The position numbers and the translations under genes are program-made. A DNA stretch of 64,000 bases, taken from NCBI RefSeq assembly GCF_963921235.1, contig NC_086097.1, positions 153,018,001 to 153,082,000 on the forward strand. Direction: 5' to 3'. The notes beneath the pieces were generated by a model that made no database searches, was not told the DNA's origin, and worked only from the letters and a program-made list of their open reading frames with translations. Numbering within the stretch: position 1 is the first letter of the stretch; each line of letters opens with the position of its first letter. This document shows positions 22,366 through 33,359 of this stretch, one piece after another. This DNA comes from Mobula hypostoma (Eukaryota).

Positions 22366-24572
22366 AGCCTGAAAGGTCACAAGCCCACATAATCTAAAAG
22401 CTGCCAGCTTGTACTCATTGTGATTTAATAGAAAGGATTTTGTTTGAATACAGTCTTGATAGAGAAGGGCCACTTTACAATTCAGAGAGCCACGTATTAT
22501 TTCTTTTTCATTTGAATAAGATTGGTATCACAACATCATGGCACATTCCACCATCATAAAAATTTTTTTCTGATGATAAATACTATTCAATTTCTATTGA
22601 TTCCCACCCTTCTGTAGCATCTCTTACAGATATTTCTTAGTATTATATGTGTATTTTAACAAAGTTACACCTAAGTGGTTCTATCCTTCATAATTGTCAA
22701 CTGGCTTTACAGATATTTTTCTTGCATTAGAGCTTTGCCACTTTACAAAGTATAATTGGACGTCAATAGATACAAAGTATACTTGCAAACTTTGATAGCA
22801 AAACAAAGATTTTTATAGCAACATCTGGTGTGAGCTTTGATGTATGACTTGAGCTGGTGCCCAAGAGAGATTAATGTGATAGAAATTCAAATCCGCAAGG
22901 AGCATTATACATACTGTAGATCTGAACAACAAGCTAATTTTTGAAACTCTGATCGCCAAGAACTTCAGCTAGTGACTATAATTATATCATTACACTAATT
23001 TTCATCTATGTTAAGAATCACCTTCCTTGTCATAGCATGCTGTAATCAATACTATGATCCTATAAAGTTGTCCAGCACAACATCTCCAGTGGTTAATAAG
23101 TGGCAGCTCACATTGAAATAATGCTGAAAGTGCTAAATTGCCCAGGGAAAATTGAAACAGACAATTGATAATGGTGTTATAGAAGTAATCTCATTGGTGA
23201 TGGAGAAATCTTATCTCATGTAATTTGCTGAATGTATACTATCACTAGCACACCATGAATTGAACCCTAGGAACCCCAGTGAAAGAAGCCTGAAAACCTA
23301 TAGGATTCAGGGAGAAGTAAATTTGATAATGTAATATTATTATAAGGTCCAAAGTAATTTTGATCTCAAGCTATGACATAATGCTATTTTTATTTCTCTT
23401 AGAATGTGATAATTTATGGCAAGTCCAATTTATAAGATGAATTCAAGTTTATCCTCAACAAGTTATGAAAATGAATTCAATAAATTTCATGAAAGCTCCA
23501 TAAACTCTATAGTCCAATTCCATGAATGCTATATAGCGTACAAAGATTAATTGGTATTAATAAAAGAGGTTTGCAGAAGAGAATGTAGCTACATAATGGG
23601 AACAACTACTAAGCTAACAGTGATTTGGGACATATTAGTGATGTAGAAGTTTAATAAATGTAAGTTCCTTTCTCCTATTAAATTACTGTTTAATGCTAAC
23701 TCTAGATTAAGAGAAAATCAGCATGAATTTACTTTCTTTTTGCCTATTTTATACTCTTGACAGTTTGGAGTGTGATACGTGATGTATGGCAGCTGTGTGC
23801 TCAAAGACCCTTACATAAGGAGATGTATTCATATGCTGCGCATACATAATGCAAGTTTTACCAAGAAGCATTCACAAAATTCTGCACTGTGTATAACAAT
23901 TTAACACATACATCTGAGACCATTCTGTCTTCCATTTTAATGAGGCTTGAACTTGTAAATTCTGGGTCCTCATATTTAATGCTATGTTGATGAAAAAGGG
24001 AACCAAAGCTGTTGTGAAGAACATTAAATATCAGACAAACACTGCTTCAGTATACAGTAGTCCTGTTGCAAAACTGGAAACAGATCAAGGACTGAAGGTG
24101 AGGGAAATGTTACAGAGCAGTAAATGCCTCTGAACAAAATAAATCATTAGGTGTGTGCATATATATTTGCTTAATTAAAAATGCGCTCACTTTCTGTCAT
24201 GATACAATAAAACTGCAATTCAAATCAGTGAATGGAGACTGAATCCAGTTCGATTGACAATTATCTAATTGGAAATTTATATTTAGGATGTATCCAGCAA
24301 CAGAAGAGAAGCAGGTCAATAAAGTAACATAACATCTTCATGTATACATGAAAACAATGCATAGGTATAGTTTTAATTTGATTTGTCCAGTGGGGAACAG
24401 GTTAGAGAGGGTCAAATGTTGGTTTGATATTCTGTTGATTCTCCTCATGACTGGCTTCAGATGTGAGCTGTAGATCAATTGATCAATTGGTAGTACTCAT
24501 TTCTCTGTGTTATAAAGCCCTGATTTTATGATCCCAATACCAATACATAAACATTTAATCATATCTGAATTC

Positions 24573-25118
24573 ATCCTTCTATAGATGTACCGGGGAGAGC
24601 ATTCTGCCAGGCTGTATCTCTGTCTGGTATGGGGGGGGGGGGGACTACTGCACAGGACCAAAAGAAGTTGCAGAGTGTTGTTAATTTAGTCCGCTCCATC
24701 TTGGGTACTAGCCTACAAAATACCCTGGACATCTTCAAGGAGCGGTGTCTCAGAAAGGCAACGTCTATTATTAAGGACTCCCAACACCCAGGGCATGCCC
24801 TTTTCTCACTGCTACCATCAGGTAGGAGGTACAGAAGTCTGAAGGTACACACTCAGTGAATCAGGAACAGCTTCTTCCCCTCTGCCATCTAATTCCTAAA
24901 TGGACATTGATCCTTTGAACACGACCTCACTTTTTTACTATATACATTATTTCTATTTTTTTGCAAGATTTTGGATCTATTCATTGTATGTATACTGTAA
25001 TTGACTATTTATTTATTTATTTTCTTCTATGTTATGTATTGCATTGGACTGCCGCTGCTAAGTTAACAAATTTTAAAACACATGCTGGTGATAATAAACC
25101 TGATTCTGATTCTGATTC
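24573..25118 (+). mobile_element. Rex1/Babar LINE 3' fragment
   Basis: KERCLRKATSIIKDSQHPGHALFSLLPSGRRYRSL. Tail AATAAACC followed by (TGATTC)n. Confidence 0.9.
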
Positions 25119-25369
25119 AATGAGATAGTGTTATAATGTTGAAGATGATATCTTATTGATGAGGCATTGAGCAAGATTGTGATTGACTCATGCCTCCCAG
25201 TTACATCAGCCCTGCTTCCTTGACTGCATTAAGCTTTAGCATTCCTGTGTTTCCTTGGGTGGAGACAGTTCAAGATGTTTCAACAGTCAGACTTGAACAA
25301 TGACTACGACACATAGAGCGGAGTTCAAAGTCTAGCTCATGGACTTCCCTGATTGCTTTTTCCCACTAC

Positions 25370-25846
25370 ATTTACAAGGAGCACTGTCACAGAAAAGCAG
25401 TATCAGTCATCTAGGTCATGCTCTTTTCTTGCTGCTGCCATCAGGGAGAGGTTAGAGGAGCCTCAAGTCCCACATCACCAGGTCCAGGAACAGTTATTAC
25501 CCTTCAACCATCAAGTTCTTGAACCAGAGGAGATAACTTCTCTCACCCAAACACTGAACTAATTCCATAACCTATGGACGACCTATAGACTCACTTTTAA
25601 TGACTCTACAACTCAAGTTCTTGATACTTATTGCTTATTTTTTATTATTATTATACTTTTTTCTGTGTTTTGTATTTGCTGTTTGTTGTCTTTTGCACGT
25701 ATGTTGTTTATTCTTCTTTGTCGAGTACACTTGCATTGACTCCATTGTGTTTCATTGTAGTTATTGTGAACACCTGCAAAAATGTATCTCAATTGTATAT
25801 GATGACATATATGTACTTTGATAATAAATTTACTCTGAACTTTGAG
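25370..25846 (+). mobile_element. Rex1/Babar LINE 3' fragment
   Basis: Matches 1790-2170. Ends GATAATAAATTTACTCTGAACTTTGA. Confidence 0.85.
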
Positions 25847-26003
25847 CTATTTCTAATCGTCAAAGGAATTTAAAATGGTTGTGCAAGCTGAAAATAAATT
25901 TTAAAAGTTAAGAAGAACTTCAAAATAAAAACAGTAATGTTACTTATGTAGTCCCCTCACCAGGCTTGTGAGCAAACTTGGCTCGAGCCAGCTCTGCTAA
26001 CAG

Positions 26004-26420
26004 CACAAACACGAGGAATTCTGCAGATGCTGGAAATTCAAGCAACACACATCAAAGTTGCTGGTGAACACAGCAGGCCAGGCAGCATCTATAGGAAGAG
26101 GTACAGTCGACGTTTCGGGCTGAGACCCTTCGTCAGGACTAACTGAAGGAAGAGCTAGTAAGAGATTTGAAAGTGGGAGGGGGAGGGGGAGATCCAAAAT
26201 GATATCCTCAGAAGGTCCATATTGAGAGGCTTGAAAACAAATCCTAAAGCCAGCTAGAGCAAGTTGGCGGTGGAGGCACCTTCCAAGAAAGGATGTATTG
26301 CTGTGATAGCGAGTCTGAGTCAAAATGTGGTCGAAAAGTTGAAGAGCCAAAGAAATTACAGATGGGGAGCAGTGACAGCCATGTGATTCAGCGATGAGAA
26401 GGCCACCTTTCATAAGCAAT
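26004..26420 (-). mobile_element. Internally deleted Penelope-like element (probable ORF N-terminus fused to the terminal repeat)
   Basis: Terminal repeat at 26004-26200 with an intact hammerhead. The adjacent minus frame HCSPSVISLALQLFDHILTQTRYHS..FLGRCLHRQL..GFRI resembles a PLE ORF start (recognition, not searched). Confidence 0.7.
26104..26141 (-). ncRNA. Minimal type-I hammerhead ribozyme (PLE-associated)
   Basis: RNA UAGUC-CUGACGA-A-GGGU(CUCA)GCCC-GAAAC-GUC^GACUG. Stem I UAGUC/GACUG, conserved CUGANGA and GAAA, stem II of 4 bp, loopless palindromic stem III (ACGU), GUC cleavage triplet (cut between 26109 and 26108). Confidence 0.85.
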
Positions 26421-26439
26421 GTATGTCTAGGGTCGGTAT

Positions 26440-29053
26440 CAGATCCAGAATCAGGTTTATTATCACCGACATGTGTCGTGAAATTTGTTAACTTAACAGC
26501 AGCAGTTCATTGCAATACAAAATATGGAAGAAAACAACAAAATATAGTAATAATAATAAATCAGTAAATCAGTTACTGTATACATATTGAATAGATTAAA
26601 AATCATGAAAAAACAGAAATAATACGTATCTTAAAAAAGTGAGATAGTGTCCAAAGATTCAATGTTCACTTAGGAATCGGATGGCAGAGGGGAAGAAGCT
26701 GTTCCTGAATTGCTGAGTGAGAGCCTTCAGCCTACTGTACCTCCTACCTGATGGTAACATTGAGAAAAGGACATGCCCTGGGTGCTGGAGGTCCTTAATA
26801 ATGGACGCTGCCTTTCTGAAACACTGCTCCTTGAAGATGTCCTGGGTACTTTGTAGGCTAGTACCCAAGATGGAGCTGACTATATTTACAACCTTTCGTA
26901 GCTTCTTTCGGTCCTGTGCAGTGGCCCCACACCACCCCCATTCCAGACAGTGATGCAGCCTGTCAGAATGCTCTCCATGGTACATCTATAGAAGTTTTTG
27001 AGTATATTTGTTGACATACAAATCTCTTCAAACTCCTAATGAAGTATAGCCGCTGTCTTACCTTCTTCATAACCGCATCAATATATTGGGACCAGGTTAG
27101 ATCTTGACACCCAGGAACTTGAAATTACTCACTCTCTCCACTTCTGATGCCTCTATGAGGATTGGTATGTGTTCCTTCATCTTACCCTTCCTGAAGTCCA
27201 CAATCACCTCTTTTGTCTTACTGATGTTGAGTGCCAGGTTGTTGCTGTGACACCACTCTGCAAGTTGGCATATCTCAATCCTGTATGTCCTCTGGTCACC
27301 ACCTGAGATTCTACCAACAATGGTTGTATCATCAGCAAGTTTATAGATGTTATTTGAGCTCTGCCTACCACAGAGTCATGGACAAATAGAGAATAGAGCA
27401 GTGGGCTAAGCACACACCCCTGAGGTGCACCAGTGTTGATCATCAGCAAGGAGGATATGTTATCACCAATTCACACGGATTGTGGTCTTCCTATTAGGAA
27501 GCTGAGGATCCAATTGCACAGGGAGGTACAGAGGCCCAGGTTCTGCAACTTCTCAATCAGCATTGTGGGAATGATAGTATTAAATGCTGAGCTATAGTCG
27601 ATGAACAGCATCCTGACCATAGAACCATAGAACCATAGAAACTACAGCACAGAAACAGGCCTTTGGCCCTTCTTGGCTGTGCCGAACCATTTTCTGCCTA
27701 GTCCCACTGACCTGCACACGAACCATATCCCTCCATACACCTCCCATCCATGTATCTGTCCAATTTATTCTTAAATGTTAAACAAGAACCCACATTTACC
27801 ACCTTGTCTGGCAGCTCATTCCATACTCCCACCACTCTCTATGTGAAGAAGCCCCCCCTAATGTTCCCTTTAAACTTTTCCCCCCTCACCCTTAACCCAT
27901 GTCCTCTGGTTTTTTTCTCTCCTTGCCTCAGTGGAAAAAGCCTGCTTGCATTCACTCTATCTATACCCATCATAATTTTATATACCTCTATCAAACCTCC
28001 CCTCTTTCTTCTACGCTCCAGGGAATAAAGTCCTAACCTATTCAACCTTTCTCTGTAACTGAGTTTCTCAAGTCCTGGCAACATCCTTGTAAACCTTCTC
28101 TGCACTCTTTCAACCTTATTTATATCCTTCCTGTAATTTGGTGACCAAAACTGAACACAATACTCCAGATTCGGCCTCACCAATGCCTTATACAACCTCA
28201 TCATAACATTCCAGCTCTTATACTCAAAACTTCGATTAATAAAGGCCAATGTACCAAAAGCTCTCTTTACGACCCTATCTACCTGTGACGACACTTTTAG
28301 GGAATTTTGTATCTGTATTCCCAGATCCCTCTGTCCCACTGCACTCCTCAGTGCCTTACCATTAACCCTGTATGTTCTACGTTGGTTTGTCCTTCCAACG
28401 TGCAATACCTCACACTTGTCAGTATTAAACTCCATCTGCCATTTTTCAGCCCATTTTTCCAGCTGGTCCAAGTCCCTCTGCAGGCTGTGAAAACCTTCCT
28501 CACTGTCTACTACACTTTGTATCTTTGTATAATCTTTGTATCATCAGCAAATTTGCTGATCCAATTTACCACATTATCATCCAGATCATTGATATAGATG
28601 ACAAATAACAATGGACCCAGCACTGATCCCTGTGGCACACCACTAGTCACAGGTCTCCACTCAGAGAAGCAATTTTCTACCACCACTCTCTGGCTTCTTC
28701 CATCGAGCCAATGTCCAATCCAATTTACCACCTCTCCATGTATACCTAGCGACTGAATTTTCCTAACTAACCTCCCATGCGGGACCTTGTCGAAGGCCTT
28801 ACTGAAGTCCATGTAGACAATATCCACTGCCTTCCCTTCATCCACTTTCCTGGTAACCTCCTCGAAAAACTCCAACAGATTGGTCAAACATGACCTACCA
28901 CGCACAAAGCTATGTTGACTCTCCCTAATAAGCCCCTGTCTATCCAAATGCTTGTAGATTCTGTCTAGGTGTTTGTGTAGGTGTTTCACATAGGTGTTTG
29001 TTATCCAGATGGTTAAAGCCGCGTGCAGAGCCATTGAGATTGCATCTGCCATT
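26440..29053 (-). mobile_element. Rex1/Babar LINE (26440-27617 and 28966-29053) split by a CR1
   Basis: [19 protein letters not shown] and [28 protein letters not shown] resumes after the CR1. Tail AGAATCAGGTTTATT. Confidence 0.88.
27618..28965 (-). mobile_element. Young 5'-truncated CR1 (RT half)
   Basis: Long open frames 28510-28965 ([35 protein letters not shown]) and 27839-28471. Tail (CATAGAAC)n. Confidence 0.95.
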
Positions 29054-29353
29054 GATTTGGTTTCAACCAAACAGGAATATTGTGATGTTCTGATTAAAGA
29101 AAGCCCGATTGAAGTGAATGCTGTGTAAATGCCCATACAGAACTGTCGGTTTGCAGGAAATAACAGACTGTGCACTATATAAAGTTATAAAGGATGTATA
29201 TTTACTAATTTCAGCTTTACCAAACAGTCAGTAAAAGAAAGAAATGAAAGGAAGTATAGAAGGGCCCATTACAGTTCTCTGGAGTCAAGCCCACATCGGA
29301 TGGGTAAGAAGAATATGAGGCTTGAGCGGAGCAGATATCACAGTTACTGGATG

Positions 29354-30556
29354 AAGTCAAGTCAAGTCACCTTTTATTGTCATTTCGACCATAACTGCTG
29401 GTACAGTACACAGTAAAAATGAGACAACGCTGTTCAGGACCATGGTGCTACATGAACAATAAAAAAAACTACACTGAACTACGTAAAACAACACAAAACT
29501 ACACTAGACTACCGACCTACCAGGAGTGCATAAAGTGCACAATACAGTGCAGGCATTACAATAAATAATAAACAAGACAATAGGCACAGTAGAGGGCAGT
29601 AGGCTGGTGTCAGTTGAGGGTCTGGGTATTGAGGAGTCTGATGGCTTGGGGGAAGAAACTGTTACATAGTCTGGTCGTGAGAGCCTGAATACTTCCGTGC
29701 CTTTTGCCAGATGGTAGGAGGGAGAAGAGTTTGTGTGAGGGTGCGTGGAGTCCTTCATAATGCTGCTTGCTTTACGGATGCAGCGTGTGGTGTAAATGTC
29801 TGTAATGGTGGGGAGAGAGACCCCGATGATCTTCTCAGCTGACCTCACTATCCGTTGCAGGGTCTTGCGATCCATTACGGTGCATTTTCCAAACCAGGAA
29901 GTGATGCAGCTGCCCAGGATGTTCTCAATACAACCTCTGTAGAACGTGGTGAGGATGGGGGGTGGGAGGTGGACTTTTCTCAGCCTTCGCAGAAAGTAGA
30001 GATGCTGCTGGGCTTTCTTTGCTATGGAGCTGGTGTTAAGGGATCAGGTGAGATTCTCCACCAGGTGAGCACCAAGAAATTTGGTTCTCTTAACGATCTC
30101 TATGGAGGAGTCGTCGATGTTCAGCAGAGAGTGGTTGCTCTGTGTCCTCCTGAAGTCAACAACCTTCTCTTTTGTTTTGTTCACATTCAGAGACCAGTTG
30201 TTGGCTCTGCAACAGTCCGTTAGCCGCTGCACCTCCTCTCTGTATGTTGACTCATCGTTCTTGCTGGTGAGACCCAACACGGCCATGTCATTGGCGAACT
30301 TGATGATGTGGTTTGAGCTGTGTGTTGCAGCACAGTCGTGGGTCAGCAGAGTGAACAGCAGTGGACTGAGCACACAGCCCTGGGGGGCCCCCGTGCTCAG
30401 TGTGATGGTGTTGGAGATGCTGCTTCCAATCCGGACTGACAGGTCTCCCAATCAGGAAGCCGAGGATCCAGTTGCAGAGGGAGGTGTTCAGGCCCAGTAG
30501 GCTCATCTTTCCAATCAGGTTCTGAGGAATGATTGTGTTGAATGCTGAACTGAAGT
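29354..30556 (-). mobile_element. Rex1/Babar LINE, 5'-truncated
   Basis: [14 protein letters not shown] and [22 protein letters not shown]. Tail (AAGTC)n at 29354-29369. Confidence 0.92.
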
Positions 30557-31171
30557 CTGAAAACTGAAATGAATGGCAGTGCACAGATAATATGGAAAAA
30601 CAGAAACTAGTAGAGAGCTTAAAGGGTTTGATGGCTGATATACTGAGGTTCCTAAAGGCAGAAAATCTATCAGCTATGTAAGCTAATTACCAGTGAGCTC
30701 TAGAAGGTGCTTTGGCACTGCTGAAAGTGCAGCTGATTTGATGATGGAAGTTTGGGCACACATTCCAGGAGGAAGAAGAGAAGCTGTCTGCCTACATTTT
30801 CAGGTTGGAGAAACTGCTACATTGTTTCTGCACAAAGTGAGCATTCAACCGACTGAGAGAGATTGTTTGAGGATGGAGTAAGTTGTGAAGGGCGCACTGT
30901 CACATGACACGATTGTCGAATGACCTGCAACATGCACCCTCCTCCTTGTATTACCGAGTTATTCAGGAAAGTTAGAGAGGAGGAAGACATGATAAGAGGT
31001 TAAACATTTCCAAAAGCCGAGCAGTGTCTTCAGTGGTTGCCCCTGCTGCTGAAGTGACCCCTGAGGCCATAGAGGTGGAGTTTTTGAGGAATGAATTGAA
31101 TTGAATTGACTTTATTTCTTACATCCTTCACAAACATGAGGACTAAAAATCTTTACGTTACATTTCCGTCT

Positions 31172-32207
31172 GACTAACAGACCCCAATCAGTTAAGTTAA
31201 ACAACCTCTCCTCCACTCTCACCCTGAACACCGGCGTGCCTCAAGGCTGTGTGCTGAGCCCTCTTCTGTACTCCCTTTTCACCTATGACTGCGTTCCCGT
31301 ACATGGTTCTAACTCCATAATCAAGTTCGCAAATGAAACCATGGTGGTTGGCCTGATCAGAGTGGATGACGAGACAGCCTACAGGGAGGAGGTCCAGCAC
31401 CTGGCTGCATGGTGTGCCGACAACAACCTAGCCCTTAACACCCAGAAGACCAAGGAGATCATTGTGGACTTCAGGCATGCTAGGACCTACGCTCACGTCC
31501 CCACCTACATCAATGGAGCTGTAGTGGAGCATGTATCAAGCTTCAAATTCCTTGGTGTCCACATTTCTGAGGATCTCACCTGGTCCCTGAACTCCTCCAT
31601 CCTGATCAAAAAGGCACTACAGCACCTTTATTTCCTGCGGAGCATCAAGAAAGCTCACCTCTGTCCCAGGATACTGACGGACTTTTACCACTGTACCATT
31701 GAGAGCATAGTCACCAAATTCATCTCAGTATGGTATGGCAATTGTCCCGTATTGGACCACAAGGTACTCCAGCATGTGGTGAAAACTGCCCAGCGGATTA
31801 TCAGCACCCAATTGCCCACCATTGAGAACATCTACCATAAACGCTGCCTGGGCAGGGCGAAAAGCATTATCAGGGATGCATCTCACCCTAACTATGGACT
31901 TTTTACTCTCCTCCCATCCGGTAGGCGCTACAGGAGCCTCCGCTCCCGCACCAGCAGGCACAGGAAGAGCTTCTTCCCTGAGGCTGTGACCCTGCTGAAC
32001 CTCACATAACAGCACTAAGCAGTATTGCATCCATATTGTACTGTCTCAGTACTTTTATATTTGTGTGCTGTAGCACTTACTTTTTATTTGCAGTTATTTT
32101 GTAAATAACACTATTCTTTGCACTTCTGTTTAGATGCTAACTGTATTTCATTGGTTTTGTATCTGTACTCGGCACAATGACAATAAAGTTGAATCTAATC
32201 TAATCTA
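31172..32207 (+). mobile_element. Young Rex1/Babar LINE, 5'-truncated
   Basis: 257-aa open frame [28 protein letters not shown] (the FADD motif is mutated). Tail AATAAAGTTG followed by (AATCT)n. Confidence 0.93.
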
Positions 32208-32236
32208 AATGTGCAATGTGCAATCATAGTAATTTA

Positions 32237-32744
32237 CGAGGGGTGATTGATAAGTTTGTGGCCTAAGGTAGAAGGAGTCAATTTTAGAAAACCTAGCACA
32301 TTTATTATTCAACATAGTCCCCTCCTACATTTACACACTTATTCCAGTGGTCGTGGAGCATATGGATCCTTTCTTTGTAGAAGTCGGCGTATTGGACCTC
32401 CAGGTGATCCACAGCAGGAGTGATTGATAAGTTTGTGGCCTAAGGTAGAAGGAGATGAGTTATACAGCTCTAGTTACACGCACATGCAGTTCAACTTTTT
32501 GAGTGATTATGCAGAAAGTTTGAAGTTAATAACTCATCTCCTTCTACCTTAGGCCACAAACTCATCAATGTCCCCCGCTGTGGACCACTTTCTGGAGGTC
32601 CAAGACGCCAACTTCTACCAAGAAGAGATCCATATGCTCCACGACCGCTGGACTAAGTGTGTAAATGTAGGAAAAATAAATGTGCTAGGTTTTCTAAAAT
32701 TGACTCCTTCTACCTTAGGCCATGAACTTATCAATCACCCCTCG
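32237..32744. mobile_element. Mariner-derived fold-back (palindromic) element
   Basis: TA TSD at 32235-32236 and 32745-32746. Ends CGAGGGGTGATTGATAAG and CTTATCAATCACCCCTCG. Arms encode a mariner transposase C-terminus FLEVQDANFY..IHMLHDRWTKCVNVG(GDYVE). Confidence 0.9.
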
Positions 32745-33359
32745 TATAATAAATAAAACAGTCAATGTCATGTTGAGTACACTCAGATCAGTGAGTTCAA
32801 CAGTCTGATTGCCTGGGGGTAGAAGCTATCCCGGAGCCTGTTGGTCCTGGCTTTTATGCTGCAGTACCGCTTCCCGGAAGGTAGCAGCTGGAATAAATTA
32901 TGGTTGGGGTGACTCAGGACCTCAGTGATCCTTTTATCACACCTGACTTTGTAAATGTCCTGAATCATGGGAAGTTCACAACGGCAGATGCGCTGGGCTG
33001 TCTGCACCACTCTCTGCAGAGTCCTGCAATTGAGGGAAGTAAAGTTCCCATAACAGGCAGTGATGCAGCCAGTCAGGATGCTCTCAATTGTGCCCCTGTA
33101 GAAAGTCCTCAGGATTTGGAGGCCCATACCAAACTTCCTCAACTGTCTGAGGGGAAACCTTTTTCACCACACAGCTGGTGTGTACAGACCACTTGAGGTC
33201 CTCGGTGATGTGGATGGCGAGGAACTTAAAGCTGTTTACCTTCTCAACCCCAGACCCATTGATTTCAATAGGGGTTAGCCCATCTCCATTCCTCCTGTTT
33301 CTACGACATTGAGGGAGAGGTTGTTTTCTTGACAACACTGTGTCAGAGAGATAACACTC

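Larger units (their letters stand above)
31092..33352 (-). mobile_element. Rex1/Babar LINE 3' part hosting a Rex(+) copy and a mariner element
   Basis: Tail (TGAAT)n at 31092. The UTR resumes at 32208 and again at 32745. ORF 32783-33142 FYRGTIESILTGCITA..LLPSGKRY. Confidence 0.85.

Noticed and set aside
25997..26419. 140-aa minus-strand ORF as a novel gene
   Set aside because: It is a chance read-through across a PLE junction and its terminal repeat.
29080..29350. Possible LTR fragment starting TGTGATG
   Set aside because: No matching CA end or TSD could be established.
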